This document shows, in pieces, positions 24,622-33,741 of a stretch of DNA of 64,000 nt; position 1 is the stretch's first letter; each line of letters starts with the position of its first letter. Both the position numbers and the translations under genes were made by a program. This stretch comes from Candidatus Woesebacteria bacterium (GTDB lineage: Bacteria > Patescibacteriota > Microgenomatia > UBA1400 > UBA1396), in contig CAVVNJ010000010.1 of NCBI GenBank assembly GCA_963749595.1, forward strand, positions 1,223 to 65,222, read 5' to 3'. Under the pieces are notes generated by a model. That model ran no database searches. It was not told the origin of the DNA and was given only the letters and a program-made list of their open reading frames with translations.

Positions 24622-24713
24622 TGAATCAACATGAAATGACTGCGTGTCGATAATAACGAATTATTATCATTTGCGGAGCGGCGCGAACGCCGCTCCATGC
24701 GGTTTCTTGATTG

Positions 24714-24737
24714 TCTCTCTACTTGTTCACGAGCGAA
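24714..24737 (-). other. 5' half of the 23S processing stem
   Basis: TCTCTCTACTTGTTCACGAGCGAA pairs with 21539-21562, in the manner of an RNase III-type flanking helix. Confidence 0.7.
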
Positions 24738-24879
24738 AGGACGCGCGCAAGTCTTTCGACTCGGGCAACGCCCAATCTCCATTTCTGCGCCGGAAAACTA
24801 AGTAAAAATCACGGCCCGCTATGACTAGCAAAACCTGAAAAGTGATGTATGTACGAAGTTGTCTTTAGCAGAGGACTGT

Positions 24880-24908
24880 AATATACCATGCGACCCGCCG
24901 AGTGGCAA
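24880..24908 (-). promoter_or_regulatory. Sigma70-like promoter dedicated to 23S-5S
   Basis: The minus strand reads cccTTGCCA-N17-TATATTac. The -35 lies at 24903-24908 and the -10 at 24880-24885. Confidence 0.6.
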
Positions 24909-24971
24909 GGGGAAAGCGGATGCGTCTTTGTAGCATAATAAAACATCGATCTATAAATGGAGGGACAACGA

Positions 24972-25000
24972 TTGACGAGCTTCTAGCGACTGGTTAAACT
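24972..25000 (+). promoter_or_regulatory. Candidate promoter for the 25029 gene
   Basis: TTGACG-N17-TAAACT lies upstream, and an AAGGAG RBS precedes the ATG at 25029. Confidence 0.4.
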
Positions 25001-25028
25001 GATCTCAGCGCTATTATAAGGAGCATGC

Positions 25029-25931
25029 ATGAAAATCAAAAGGAAACAACGCCCAATTATTGCCATCTTAGCTTTGATCCTGATTGCCGGAGCAGGCGTC
25101 GTTGTTTATTTGACTTCCCAACGTGTTACCACCCAAACCAGCGATGAGCGAGCCGCCGCCAGCGCTACTTTAAAATGTGCTAAGGGCACGAAGAATTGTA
25201 TTTTGGGAGCCGTAAAAGCTGAAGGATGTACCATCATTGGTGGTGCGGCCGATACCGCCAAGCCTGGCGACTCACTACAGATTAAAGCCACTTATCAGGG
25301 TGAAACAATTGGCACAGCGACCGCTAATGAGCCAACCCAGTTCCCGCCAGCTATCAAAGGCACCCCCGGCAATCATGGTTTTACTATCGATCTGACCGAT
25401 AAGCTGCCTGTGGGAGTCAATAAAGTTGAGGTGGTTGCCTCACCCGCCACCGGCAGCTCATCAAAAGAAACCATTATTTCCGGAGCCCTAGAAGCAACCC
25501 GCAGATCCGGAACCAACTTTGCCCTGGTGAATTGCGGCGGCTTGGCCTGGAATGCAGTCTCCTCAAAACACCTTCCGGCTAAGACTGCTGCTCAACGCTC
25601 ATATCAATTCAGCATAACCGTAAAAAATACCGGAACTACTGACTGGCGCTTTGACGAAATTTATGGTCAGGTTTCCGTAGCGGTGTATGACCGCACCAAG
25701 AATCAGTATGTTGCTAGTTCCGGCATTGTTGTTGCTCCTAACAAAAATCACCTTGATGCTGATCAGGTGATAGCGACCGGACAAAGCAAGACTTTTAACT
25801 TTACGGTCGAAACCAAGAAAGCGGGCATGTATTTTCTAACTTTTGACCTAAAAACTACCGATGGCAATCGGCCTCTACGATTCACGGGTCAAAGCAAATC
25901 CGAAGGCTCTTTCCCGGTAACCGTTGAATAG
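25029..25931 (+). CDS. Secreted/anchored hypothetical protein (300 aa)
   Basis: The N-terminal signal/anchor is MKIKRKQRPIIAILALILIAGAGVVVYL. No catalytic motif was found. Confidence 0.55.
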   Translation: MKIKRKQRPIIAILALILIAGAGVVVYLTSQRVTTQTSDERAAASATLKCAKGTKNCILGAVKAEGCTIIGGAADTAKPGDSLQIKATYQGETIGTATANEPTQFPPAIKGTPGNHGFTIDLTDKLPVGVNKVEVVASPATGSSSKETIISGALEATRRSGTNFALVNCGGLAWNAVSSKHLPAKTAAQRSYQFSITVKNTGTTDWRFDEIYGQVSVAVYDRTKNQYVASSGIVVAPNKNHLDADQVIATGQSKTFNFTVETKKAGMYFLTFDLKTTDGNRPLRFTGQSKSEGSFPVTVE

Positions 25932-25955
25932 AGCATTTAGACGGACTAGCACGCT

Positions 25956-26032
25956 TGGTGGACCCTAGGAGATTCGAACTCCTGACCTCTTCATTGCAAA
26001 TGAAGCGCTCTAGCCAGCTGAGCTAAGGGCCC
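25956..26032 (-). tRNA. tRNA-Ala (anticodon TGC), CCA encoded
   Basis: Hand fold: GGGCCCT TA GCTC AGCTGGCTA GAGC G CTTCA TTTGCAA TGAAG AGGTC AGGAG TTCGAAT CTCCT AGGGTCC ACCA. Confidence 0.9.
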
Positions 26033-26078
26033 GCGATAGCAAATTATATCATTTCGGGTGTGCGATAATTTCCTGGCT

Positions 26079-27164
26079 ATGAATAAAAGAGTCTTGTCGT
26101 TTGACCTAATCCGCACCTTCGCTATCTTGGGCGTAGTTGCCACCCACACTGAAGCGATCACTGCTTCGACCACAAATTATCTCGGAGGGATTTCCTGGTG
26201 GTTAGCCAATACGCTCCATTCCCTGGCTGCAGTCAGCATTCCTCTATTCGTAATGTTAACTGGAGCGCTGGTGCTGACGAAGGCCAAAATCAGCTGGGGT
26301 TACATTGGGCCCAAGATCGTCCGGCTTTTCATAATCCCGTTATTGTTTTGGTGGCCGCTATATTACTGGTGGACCACGATTCGGCCAGGCGGATCGTTCC
26401 AGCTGGTCGATCTTGTTCGTCGATTTTTCATTGTAGACATCGGCCATCTATATTATCTGCCGGTAGTCATTGGCTTATATTTGATTCTCCCCTTCCTCTC
26501 GACACGCCTCCATAAAATGCAGAAGAAACATTTCCCGCTCCTGCTGGGAGTGGTCACGAGTGTTGTGCTGATTTATCGGCATTTAAGTTTCTTTGTTTTC
26601 CGATCAACTAGCTCAACCAACATCGCCCTTATTTTCCTTCCTTACCTGATGTATCTCCTTTGGGGGTTCTTCCTTTCCGGAATACGCATCAGCCGCAAAG
26701 CCTGCTTTATCCTCTTGGAGATAGCGATTATCTTGATCGGACTATCGTCACTGCTTACTTATCAAAATACTCTGGCCTACAATTTGGGTAATCGGTTTTT
26801 TTGGACCAATGGTGGCGGCAACTTCTTTTGGGACCCTTTTACGGTCCCACTGCTGATATTATCCGCCACCGTATTTCTCCTACTAATGAATATCGAAATC
26901 GTCCTCCCAACCATCTTCCGTTCCCGTTGGTTGAAGAACTCATTGGTCGTTATTTCCAGCGCCAGCTTTGGAATTTATCTTATCCACCCGATTGTGATGG
27001 AAGTCCTCGACAACTGGCTGAGGATATCGATCCAGTTCATCAGCTACCCGCTCTGGATTTGGTATTTCCAGCGAACCACTCTGGTGTTTCTTGCCTCGGC
27101 AGGACTATCCATCTTGGCAATAAAAATACCTGTTATCCGAAATGTTTTTGGCGCGAGAAATTGA
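26079..27164 (+). CDS. Membrane acyltransferase (acyltransferase-3/OafA-like family)
   Basis: It starts MNKRVLSFDLIRTFAILGVVATH and has about 10 hydrophobic helices. Confidence 0.75.
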   Translation: MNKRVLSFDLIRTFAILGVVATHTEAITASTTNYLGGISWWLANTLHSLAAVSIPLFVMLTGALVLTKAKISWGYIGPKIVRLFIIPLLFWWPLYYWWTTIRPGGSFQLVDLVRRFFIVDIGHLYYLPVVIGLYLILPFLSTRLHKMQKKHFPLLLGVVTSVVLIYRHLSFFVFRSTSSTNIALIFLPYLMYLLWGFFLSGIRISRKACFILLEIAIILIGLSSLLTYQNTLAYNLGNRFFWTNGGGNFFWDPFTVPLLILSATVFLLLMNIEIVLPTIFRSRWLKNSLVVISSASFGIYLIHPIVMEVLDNWLRISIQFISYPLWIWYFQRTTLVFLASAGLSILAIKIPVIRNVFGARN

Positions 27165-27170
27165 CTCGCC

Positions 27171-27521
27171 CTACTCGTCTTCATCATCTGGTTCGTCTGG
27201 TTCATCATGCGGCTCACCATCCGTTGTAAAGTCCAGCGGTGGCGAATAAAAAGCCGCCGCGTGTGGTTCGCTGGATAGAACCGGCTTGATTCCATGCTTG
27301 GCAAAACCATCCTCCAACCAGGACTGAGCCCGAAAATTGCTCACACTGACTTCCATTTCATCGACAAATCCAGAAGCGGCAAACGAAGTCAGCGGCAAAC
27401 CCTGTTTGACTTCGGCATCCCAAATTGTCTTCTGAATTTCTTTATATTTATCGATGTTCTCTCGACCCCTAATTGTGTAGAACCATTTCCTGGGTTGAGG
27501 TTCAGTTTCCCGACTTAGCAT
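27171..27521 (-). CDS. Hypothetical protein with an acidic C-terminal tail
   Basis: ORF only. The tail is ..DEPDEPDDEDE. Confidence 0.4.
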   Translation of the reverse strand: MLSRETEPQPRKWFYTIRGRENIDKYKEIQKTIWDAEVKQGLPLTSFAASGFVDEMEVSVSNFRAQSWLEDGFAKHGIKPVLSSEPHAAAFYSPPLDFTTDGEPHDEPDEPDDEDE

Positions 27522-27569
27522 AAAATCCTTTTTTCCAGGTTATTTATTAGTGATTATAGCAAAATTAGA

Positions 27570-28058
27570 TCAATTGCCTTTGCTCTTCCGGCGAATTTTT
27601 TCTGCGACCCTGGCCAACTCCTCATCCGGCACGCGCGGGCCGTTGTTCGAGCACAAATAGCCTGGATATTCCGGAAAAACCATTTCCTTGACATCACTGT
27701 CGATCGGCCGCCAACCCGCGCGATACTTAGCGGTACCGTGCATCGGGAACAGCTTGGCGTGCAGGTGGTCCACTCCGTAACCCTCGAAAAATAAACCCGT
27801 CCGCTCCACGTCATCGGCATAAGCCTGGTCGATTAGTTTGGCAACTTTTTTACTGGCGATCACCAAATCAGCGATCACCGAATCATCGTTATTGAAAGCA
27901 TAGCTATCGAGATGTTCTTTGGTCGCTACCACGGTAAAAGCTTCAGTATTGGGGAAAATCGTCAAAAACGCCAAGTGTTTCTCGTCTTCCCAAATTTTAT
28001 GGCAGGGAATCTCGCCGGAAACAAATTTGCAAAATAGACAATCGGGGTTAGCCTTCAT
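27570..28058 (-). CDS. HIT-family nucleotide hydrolase/transferase (variant HxHxK motif)
   Basis: It has the N-terminal CLFCKFVSGEIPCHKIWEDEKHLAFL and ..GVDHLHAKLFP... Confidence 0.75.
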   Translation of the reverse strand: MKANPDCLFCKFVSGEIPCHKIWEDEKHLAFLTIFPNTEAFTVVATKEHLDSYAFNNDDSVIADLVIASKKVAKLIDQAYADDVERTGLFFEGYGVDHLHAKLFPMHGTAKYRAGWRPIDSDVKEMVFPEYPGYLCSNNGPRVPDEELARVAEKIRRKSKGN

Positions 28059-28103
28059 GGAGCAATTTTAGCATTTGCTAGAATCGATTCAGAAAGGCCA
28101 AAT

Positions 28104-28532
28104 ATGCGTTGGCTTAAGCGGATGGAAACACTAAGCGGCCGGTTTCAAAAACCTGAGACCGGCAACGAAATCTGGCAGTATGGGGGCGAAGATCTGCGCG
28201 AATTGTTCTCTGTCTGGCTGCTCGACTCCATTGTCCGGACCATGAGTGTTTACCACCGGAAGAAACAGCTGCCGATTGCGTCCGAAATTGCCAATCTGCG
28301 CGAACAAGCGGCGGAAGTTGAACGGCGCCTGAGAACCAACGGCTGGTTTTTCGGGCGGGATAGTTCGATTATCAGCGATTACAAAACCATGATCGTCCGA
28401 TCCGGATCATATGGTCAACTTTTCCATGAACAATTCCGACCAGAAATGTCGACTGCCGAAGCTTTGGAATTAATGAAAAGAAATGTTGCCCTGTGGGACT
28501 GGCGCTGGTTTTGGAAGCATCACCAGCGGTAA
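28104..28532 (+). CDS. Hypothetical protein (142 aa)
   Basis: ORF only. Confidence 0.4.
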   Translation: MRWLKRMETLSGRFQKPETGNEIWQYGGEDLRELFSVWLLDSIVRTMSVYHRKKQLPIASEIANLREQAAEVERRLRTNGWFFGRDSSIISDYKTMIVRSGSYGQLFHEQFRPEMSTAEALELMKRNVALWDWRWFWKHHQR

Positions 28533-28535
28533 AAG

Positions 28536-28609
28536 TGAGGGTACTTGGACTTGAACCAAGGACCTCTGTCTTATCAGGACAGCGCTCTAGCCAACTGAGC
28601 TATACCCTC
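28536..28609 (-). tRNA. tRNA-Ile (anticodon GAT)
   Basis: Hand fold: GAGGGTA TA GCTC AGTTGGCTA GAGC G CTGTC CTGATAA GACAG AGGTC CTTGG TTCAAGT CCAAG TACCCTC A. Confidence 0.9.
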
Positions 28610-28656
28610 GATAAATCGAGTTCCAATTGTATCATAAACTGCTACAATGGCCGAGT

Positions 28657-29191
28657 ATGTCCTTCGATCGATCGACTGCTCTCAATCTCCTCGACCAATA
28701 CGTCAAAAACCCTTCCCTGCGGCGCCATTGCGAAATGGTCTCCCAGGCAATGGGCGCCTACGCCGACAAACTCGGAAAGGATCATGAACTTTGGTCGTTG
28801 ACCGGTCTGTTGCACGATCTGGATTGGGAACAATTCCCGGACGAACACCCCATGAAGGCGGTGACGGAAATTTTACCGACGGCCGGTGCCCCGGCGGAAA
28901 TGATCGAGGCGATCGCCGCCCACGCCCCTGCATCGATCCGGCAAAGAGCCGCACACCTTAATGGAACGTTATTTGTTTGCTTGCGACGAAGCCTGTGGTT
29001 TTCTGGACGCCATCGCCAAAATTCGGCCCAACGGCTATGCCGATCTGGAATGGCCATCGGTGCATAAAAAAATGAAGGATAAGCGTTTTGCCGCCAACGT
29101 TTCGCGCGAGGATATTATTAAGGGTGCCGAGTTAATCGAGTTAACCCTGGACGACCATATTTCTTTCCTGATCGACATTTTCCGGAAGTAG
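28657..29191 (+). pseudogene. HD-domain phosphohydrolase with one frameshift
   Basis: Sense switches from ..LTGLLHDLDWEQF..IEAIAAHA to ..RSGKEPHTLMERYLFACDEACGFLDAI.. in the next frame. The switch is at or near the C4 run 28925-28928. Confidence 0.65.
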
Positions 29192-29217
29192 ACACAAAAA
29201 AAGCGCCTAAGGCGCTA

Positions 29218-29270
29218 TTGGGGTCTAACCCTCTTGAAGTCAACTTGTGACCTCCGAAGGTTAGACCCCA
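29218..29270. repeat. REP-like palindromic units downstream of 16S
   Basis: GGGGTCTAACCCTC ... GAAGGTTAGACCCC. A further unit, GAGGGTTAAACCCTC, lies at about 29362-29376. Confidence 0.5.
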
Positions 29271-29377
29271 GCCCCGTCCCCATTCTCCATATTTCGCCAA
29301 TCAATCTAACGGAGCAGAAACCGATTGGTTACTTAAAGAGCGCGGGGCACTCTTAGTTTTTGAGAGGGTTAAACCCT

Positions 29378-29408
29378 CAGATAAACAGCACACGGACTGA
29401 CAGGAAGG
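29378..29408 (-). other. 3' half of the 16S processing stem
   Basis: CAGATAAACAGCACACGGACTGACAGGAAGG is the inverted complement of 31055-31084, about 28 of 30 positions by eye. Confidence 0.7.
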
Positions 29409-29499
29409 CCTGGACACTGAGATCACAGGACTTCTGGAGTTTTACTAACATTACTGTTAGAAGGGAAGAGGCGTGAGGCCCTTACCTTGAACTCCTTAG

Positions 29500-31001
<1,502 letters not shown>

Positions 31002-31054
31002 TAGAATGTAACGGAAAATTACTGTCTCACGGAGAGACAAAAGATTCCGTAAAA

Positions 31055-31084
31055 CCTCCTGTCAGTCCGTGTACTGTCTTATCT
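31055..31084 (-). other. 5' half of the 16S processing stem
   Basis: CCTCCTGTCAGTCCGTGTACTGTCTTATCT pairs with 29378-29408. Confidence 0.7.
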
Positions 31085-31163
31085 TAGAGATCGATCTGGA
31101 GAGATCGATCTCACTCAAATTGTTCACGAGCAAACTCGGCCACGATCTGCGGTCGAGAGTTGT

Positions 31164-31191
31164 ATAGTATCAAAAATCCGCCAGGCGTCAA
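31164..31191 (-). promoter_or_regulatory. Sigma70-like promoter for 16S
   Basis: The minus strand reads ccccTTGACG-N16-TACTATac. The upstream context (cccTTG) resembles the 23S promoter. Confidence 0.55.
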
Positions 31192-31247
31192 GGGGAAACC
31201 ACCGAAAAAAAGCTCTTCCGACTAGTAAATAGACCGGCAAATTACTT

Positions 31248-32153
31248 TTAGGAGAAAAGTTGCTTTAACTTTGGGTGCTCAACCAAACTCGATTGATAGT
31301 TGCCCGCGTCAGTTTTGGTTTGAACCAAAGAAGTATAAAGATACTGCCGATCGGGTACTAATTGGTCAATCCACTCGAGCGGATAACGACCCAAATAATC
31401 AAGAAGTGTCGACCGGCCGCTCTGAAAATAAAATGGTTGGGAAGTATGGCCTTTGCCAAAAATTATATTGTGATCCTGTTCCCGATCTAAGGTTTTGTAG
31501 GCTACCAGGGCATTGCGAAAGGTCGAGATAAAACTTTGCGGATTGGCCAGCTCAATAAAATAATTTAACCGAGCCAGTTCTTTAGCCATGGCCGGAGAAA
31601 AATCGAGTAGGGACAGAAGAGGTTTCGCCCCAGAAATTCCGGCCAAAACAGCGCCTAACCCGGCGCCTTTTCGCAAAAAATCCCGCCGCTTCAAAAGCGG
31701 CTGCGTAATGGTGAGTCCGACGGCAACCAACAGTGGTGAAACTTCGCTAACGTAACCTGGCAGGTGATTGAAAGGACAATCATTCAACACAATGCCCAAA
31801 GAATTATCCCGGATTGATCGGCGGTCATCTGGGGAGTAAGCCGAAGATAATTCAAAATGAGGGTCCAGATATTCAAAGGAAGACTCGAGAATGGTAAACC
31901 TTCCCGGGACCACATCTTCCGGCCGGATCTCACCATTGGCATAACCACCTTGACCGTGCGCCCAATAAACGGCGCGATAATTGTGCCCCTCGGCGGTAAA
32001 ATCCATCACCCGCTTGTGTAACAGAGCTTCAATGGCCGCTGAACTGGCTGCCTTGGGATCAGAACTAATCTCGGCCCCCAGATAAGCCCCGAGTGCGCCG
32101 GCGCCGATCTTCCCTCCCAAACCGATAGCCTCCCGGCGATTTAATTTAGGCAA
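31248..32153 (-). CDS. Hypothetical protein with two twin-arginine-like segments
   Basis: The N-terminus is MPKLNRREAIGLGGKIGAGALGAYLGA. An internal segment reads ..LLKRRDFLRKGAGLGAVLAGISGA... Confidence 0.5.
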   Translation of the reverse strand: MPKLNRREAIGLGGKIGAGALGAYLGAEISSDPKAASSAAIEALLHKRVMDFTAEGHNYRAVYWAHGQGGYANGEIRPEDVVPGRFTILESSFEYLDPHFELSSAYSPDDRRSIRDNSLGIVLNDCPFNHLPGYVSEVSPLLVAVGLTITQPLLKRRDFLRKGAGLGAVLAGISGAKPLLSLLDFSPAMAKELARLNYFIELANPQSFISTFRNALVAYKTLDREQDHNIIFGKGHTSQPFYFQSGRSTLLDYLGRYPLEWIDQLVPDRQYLYTSLVQTKTDAGNYQSSLVEHPKLKQLFS

Positions 32154-33303
32154 TTACTCCCCCTCCCCAGCAAATCCGGGTATCGATCGGGTCATAAAAA
32201 ACCACCGATTGTCCGGGGGCAATGCCGCGTTGAGATTCGTTCAAAATTAATTCACCCTGATCGCGGTTGATTTTTAACTCAGCGGGAAGCAGGGCGCCGC
32301 CATGACGCAAACGGGCTAGTACCGAAACAACTAGATTATCACCGGGAAAAATCTCTGGATCGCGCCAAAACAGATCGTTTAATTTAACTTTCGCGCTTTC
32401 GGTTTCCGTGCCGAAGCCGACCGTGATCGTGTTGGCCGTTGCGTCTTTGGCAATTACATAGAGCGGCGGCAAAACGTGTTTCCATTCTTGATGGTTGATG
32501 TGAACCATAGGAAATAACTCAAAACCATGGCGCTGGCCGATGGTGTACAACCATACTCCCTGGTGTCGACCAATGATGTTGCCATCCGGATCAAGGACGT
32601 CGCCAGGTTTTTCACCGAGACGCGCGCGCAAAAATTCGCGGACATCAATGTCGCCGATAAAACAAATTCCTTGCGAGTCCGGCTTGTCCGCCACCGGAAT
32701 ACCCTTTTCTTTCGCCAGGCGGCGCACTTCGGCTTTGGTCAGGTGACCGATCGGAAAAACCACGTGATCAAGCTGGTCCTGGCGCAAGCGGTACAAGAAA
32801 TACGTTTGATCCTTTTTCTCGTCCATCCCGCGCGCCAATACCAAGGAATGATTCCTACCCGACCCCACCTCAGGAGGAATCAATCCGGAATCAATCCTCT
32901 CGGGAAAGGGTCGGGTAGGAATCATTCCTGTCAACAGGATTTGGGCGTAATGGCCGGTGGCGATCGCGTCAAAACCTTGCTTGATGGCCCAGTCGTAGAA
33001 CAGGCCAAACTTGATCTCGGTGTTGCACCAAATATCCGGATTGGGGGTAAGACCGCGCTCGTAGGCGCGGAAAAATTCTTCCACCACCCGCTCGCGGTAG
33101 GCATCCCGAAAATCGAGTACGCGGAACGGCAATCCCAAATCCAACGCCACAGCCAAGGCATCTTTGCGATCCTCTTCCGCTCGGCAGCCTGGCGCCCGCC
33201 AACACTCCAAAAAGACCCCGGTCACTTCATGACCAGCGTCTTTAAGCAAGGCCGCGGAAAGCGACGAATCGACTCCGCCCGACATGCCAAGGGCTATTTT
33301 CAT
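32146..33303 (-). CDS. mnmA: tRNA-specific 2-thiouridylase MnmA carrying an in-frame ~29-codon repeat-element insertion
   Basis: It has the PP-loop KIALGMSGGVDSS, ..IATGHYA.. and ..KDQTYFLY... The extra segment MIPTRPFPERIDSGLIPPEVGSGRNHS maps onto the 86-bp element. Confidence 0.9.
   Translation of the reverse strand: MKIALGMSGGVDSSLSAALLKDAGHEVTGVFLECWRAPGCRAEEDRKDALAVALDLGLPFRVLDFRDAYRERVVEEFFRAYERGLTPNPDIWCNTEIKFGLFYDWAIKQGFDAIATGHYAQILLTGMIPTRPFPERIDSGLIPPEVGSGRNHSLVLARGMDEKKDQTYFLYRLRQDQLDHVVFPIGHLTKAEVRRLAKEKGIPVADKPDSQGICFIGDIDVREFLRARLGEKPGDVLDPDGNIIGRHQGVWLYTIGQRHGFELFPMVHINHQEWKHVLPPLYVIAKDATANTITVGFGTETESAKVKLNDLFWRDPEIFPGDNLVVSVLARLRHGGALLPAELKINRDQGELILNESQRGIAPGQSVVFYDPIDTRICWGGGVIA
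32844..32929. repeat. 86-bp nested palindromic element, copy 2 (inside mnmA)
   Basis: AGGAATGATTCCTACC...CACCTCAGGAGGAATCAATCCGGAATCAATCC...GGTAGGAATCATTCCT has the same architecture and core as 9185-9270. Confidence 0.85.
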
Positions 33304-33310
33304 GGGCGTA

Positions 33311-33709
33311 TTATACTATTTCGCTCATTTGAACCAGAAAACCCGCCAAATCATTGCCGCCAATAACCACTGGAAAAGTCAAAGCGGCGCGGTCCATCAC
33401 CGCCCAGCGCGAACGCTTGGATTTCCCGCCTAAATTAAAAGAGACCATTATTAACGAGCGTTTTTTGGCACCAAGCTCCGGAATCACTAATTCTTCCACC
33501 ACCGCATCTTCACCCAAAAGACCCAGTCGGCGCGCCAATTTCTCATCGATGACCGAATAGTCCCAAGTCGTGTTCACCTCGGCCCGAACATCCTCTTCCG
33601 GAGTGCCGTCCGGTTGGAAGAGATCGACCGAAGTTTGCGGGGGCAAGATAATTACCCCGTTCAGACGTAAAATTTGCCGTTGCAACCAATTCTTGAATTG
33701 AGTGAACAT
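33311..33709 (-). CDS. Hypothetical protein (132 aa)
   Basis: ORF only. It lies 8 nt upstream of mnmA. Confidence 0.4.
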   Translation of the reverse strand: MFTQFKNWLQRQILRLNGVIILPPQTSVDLFQPDGTPEEDVRAEVNTTWDYSVIDEKLARRLGLLGEDAVVEELVIPELGAKKRSLIMVSFNLGGKSKRSRWAVMDRAALTFPVVIGGNDLAGFLVQMSEIV

Positions 33710-33741
33710 AAGTCGATTGTAAGCGTTAGCGGAAAACTTGG

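Noticed and set aside
32527-33366. Long antisense ORFs opposite real genes: 279 aa opposite mnmA, 36487-37146 opposite the 1319-aa gene, 42536-43261 opposite the ligase, 48672-49286 opposite the secreted protein, 13343-13873 opposite the M23 peptidase, and many in 1-5300.
   Set aside because: Their translations are low-complexity and rich in R, P, G and A. Each lies fully inside a gene with clear motifs on the other strand. These are typical shadow ORFs of GC-rich coding DNA.
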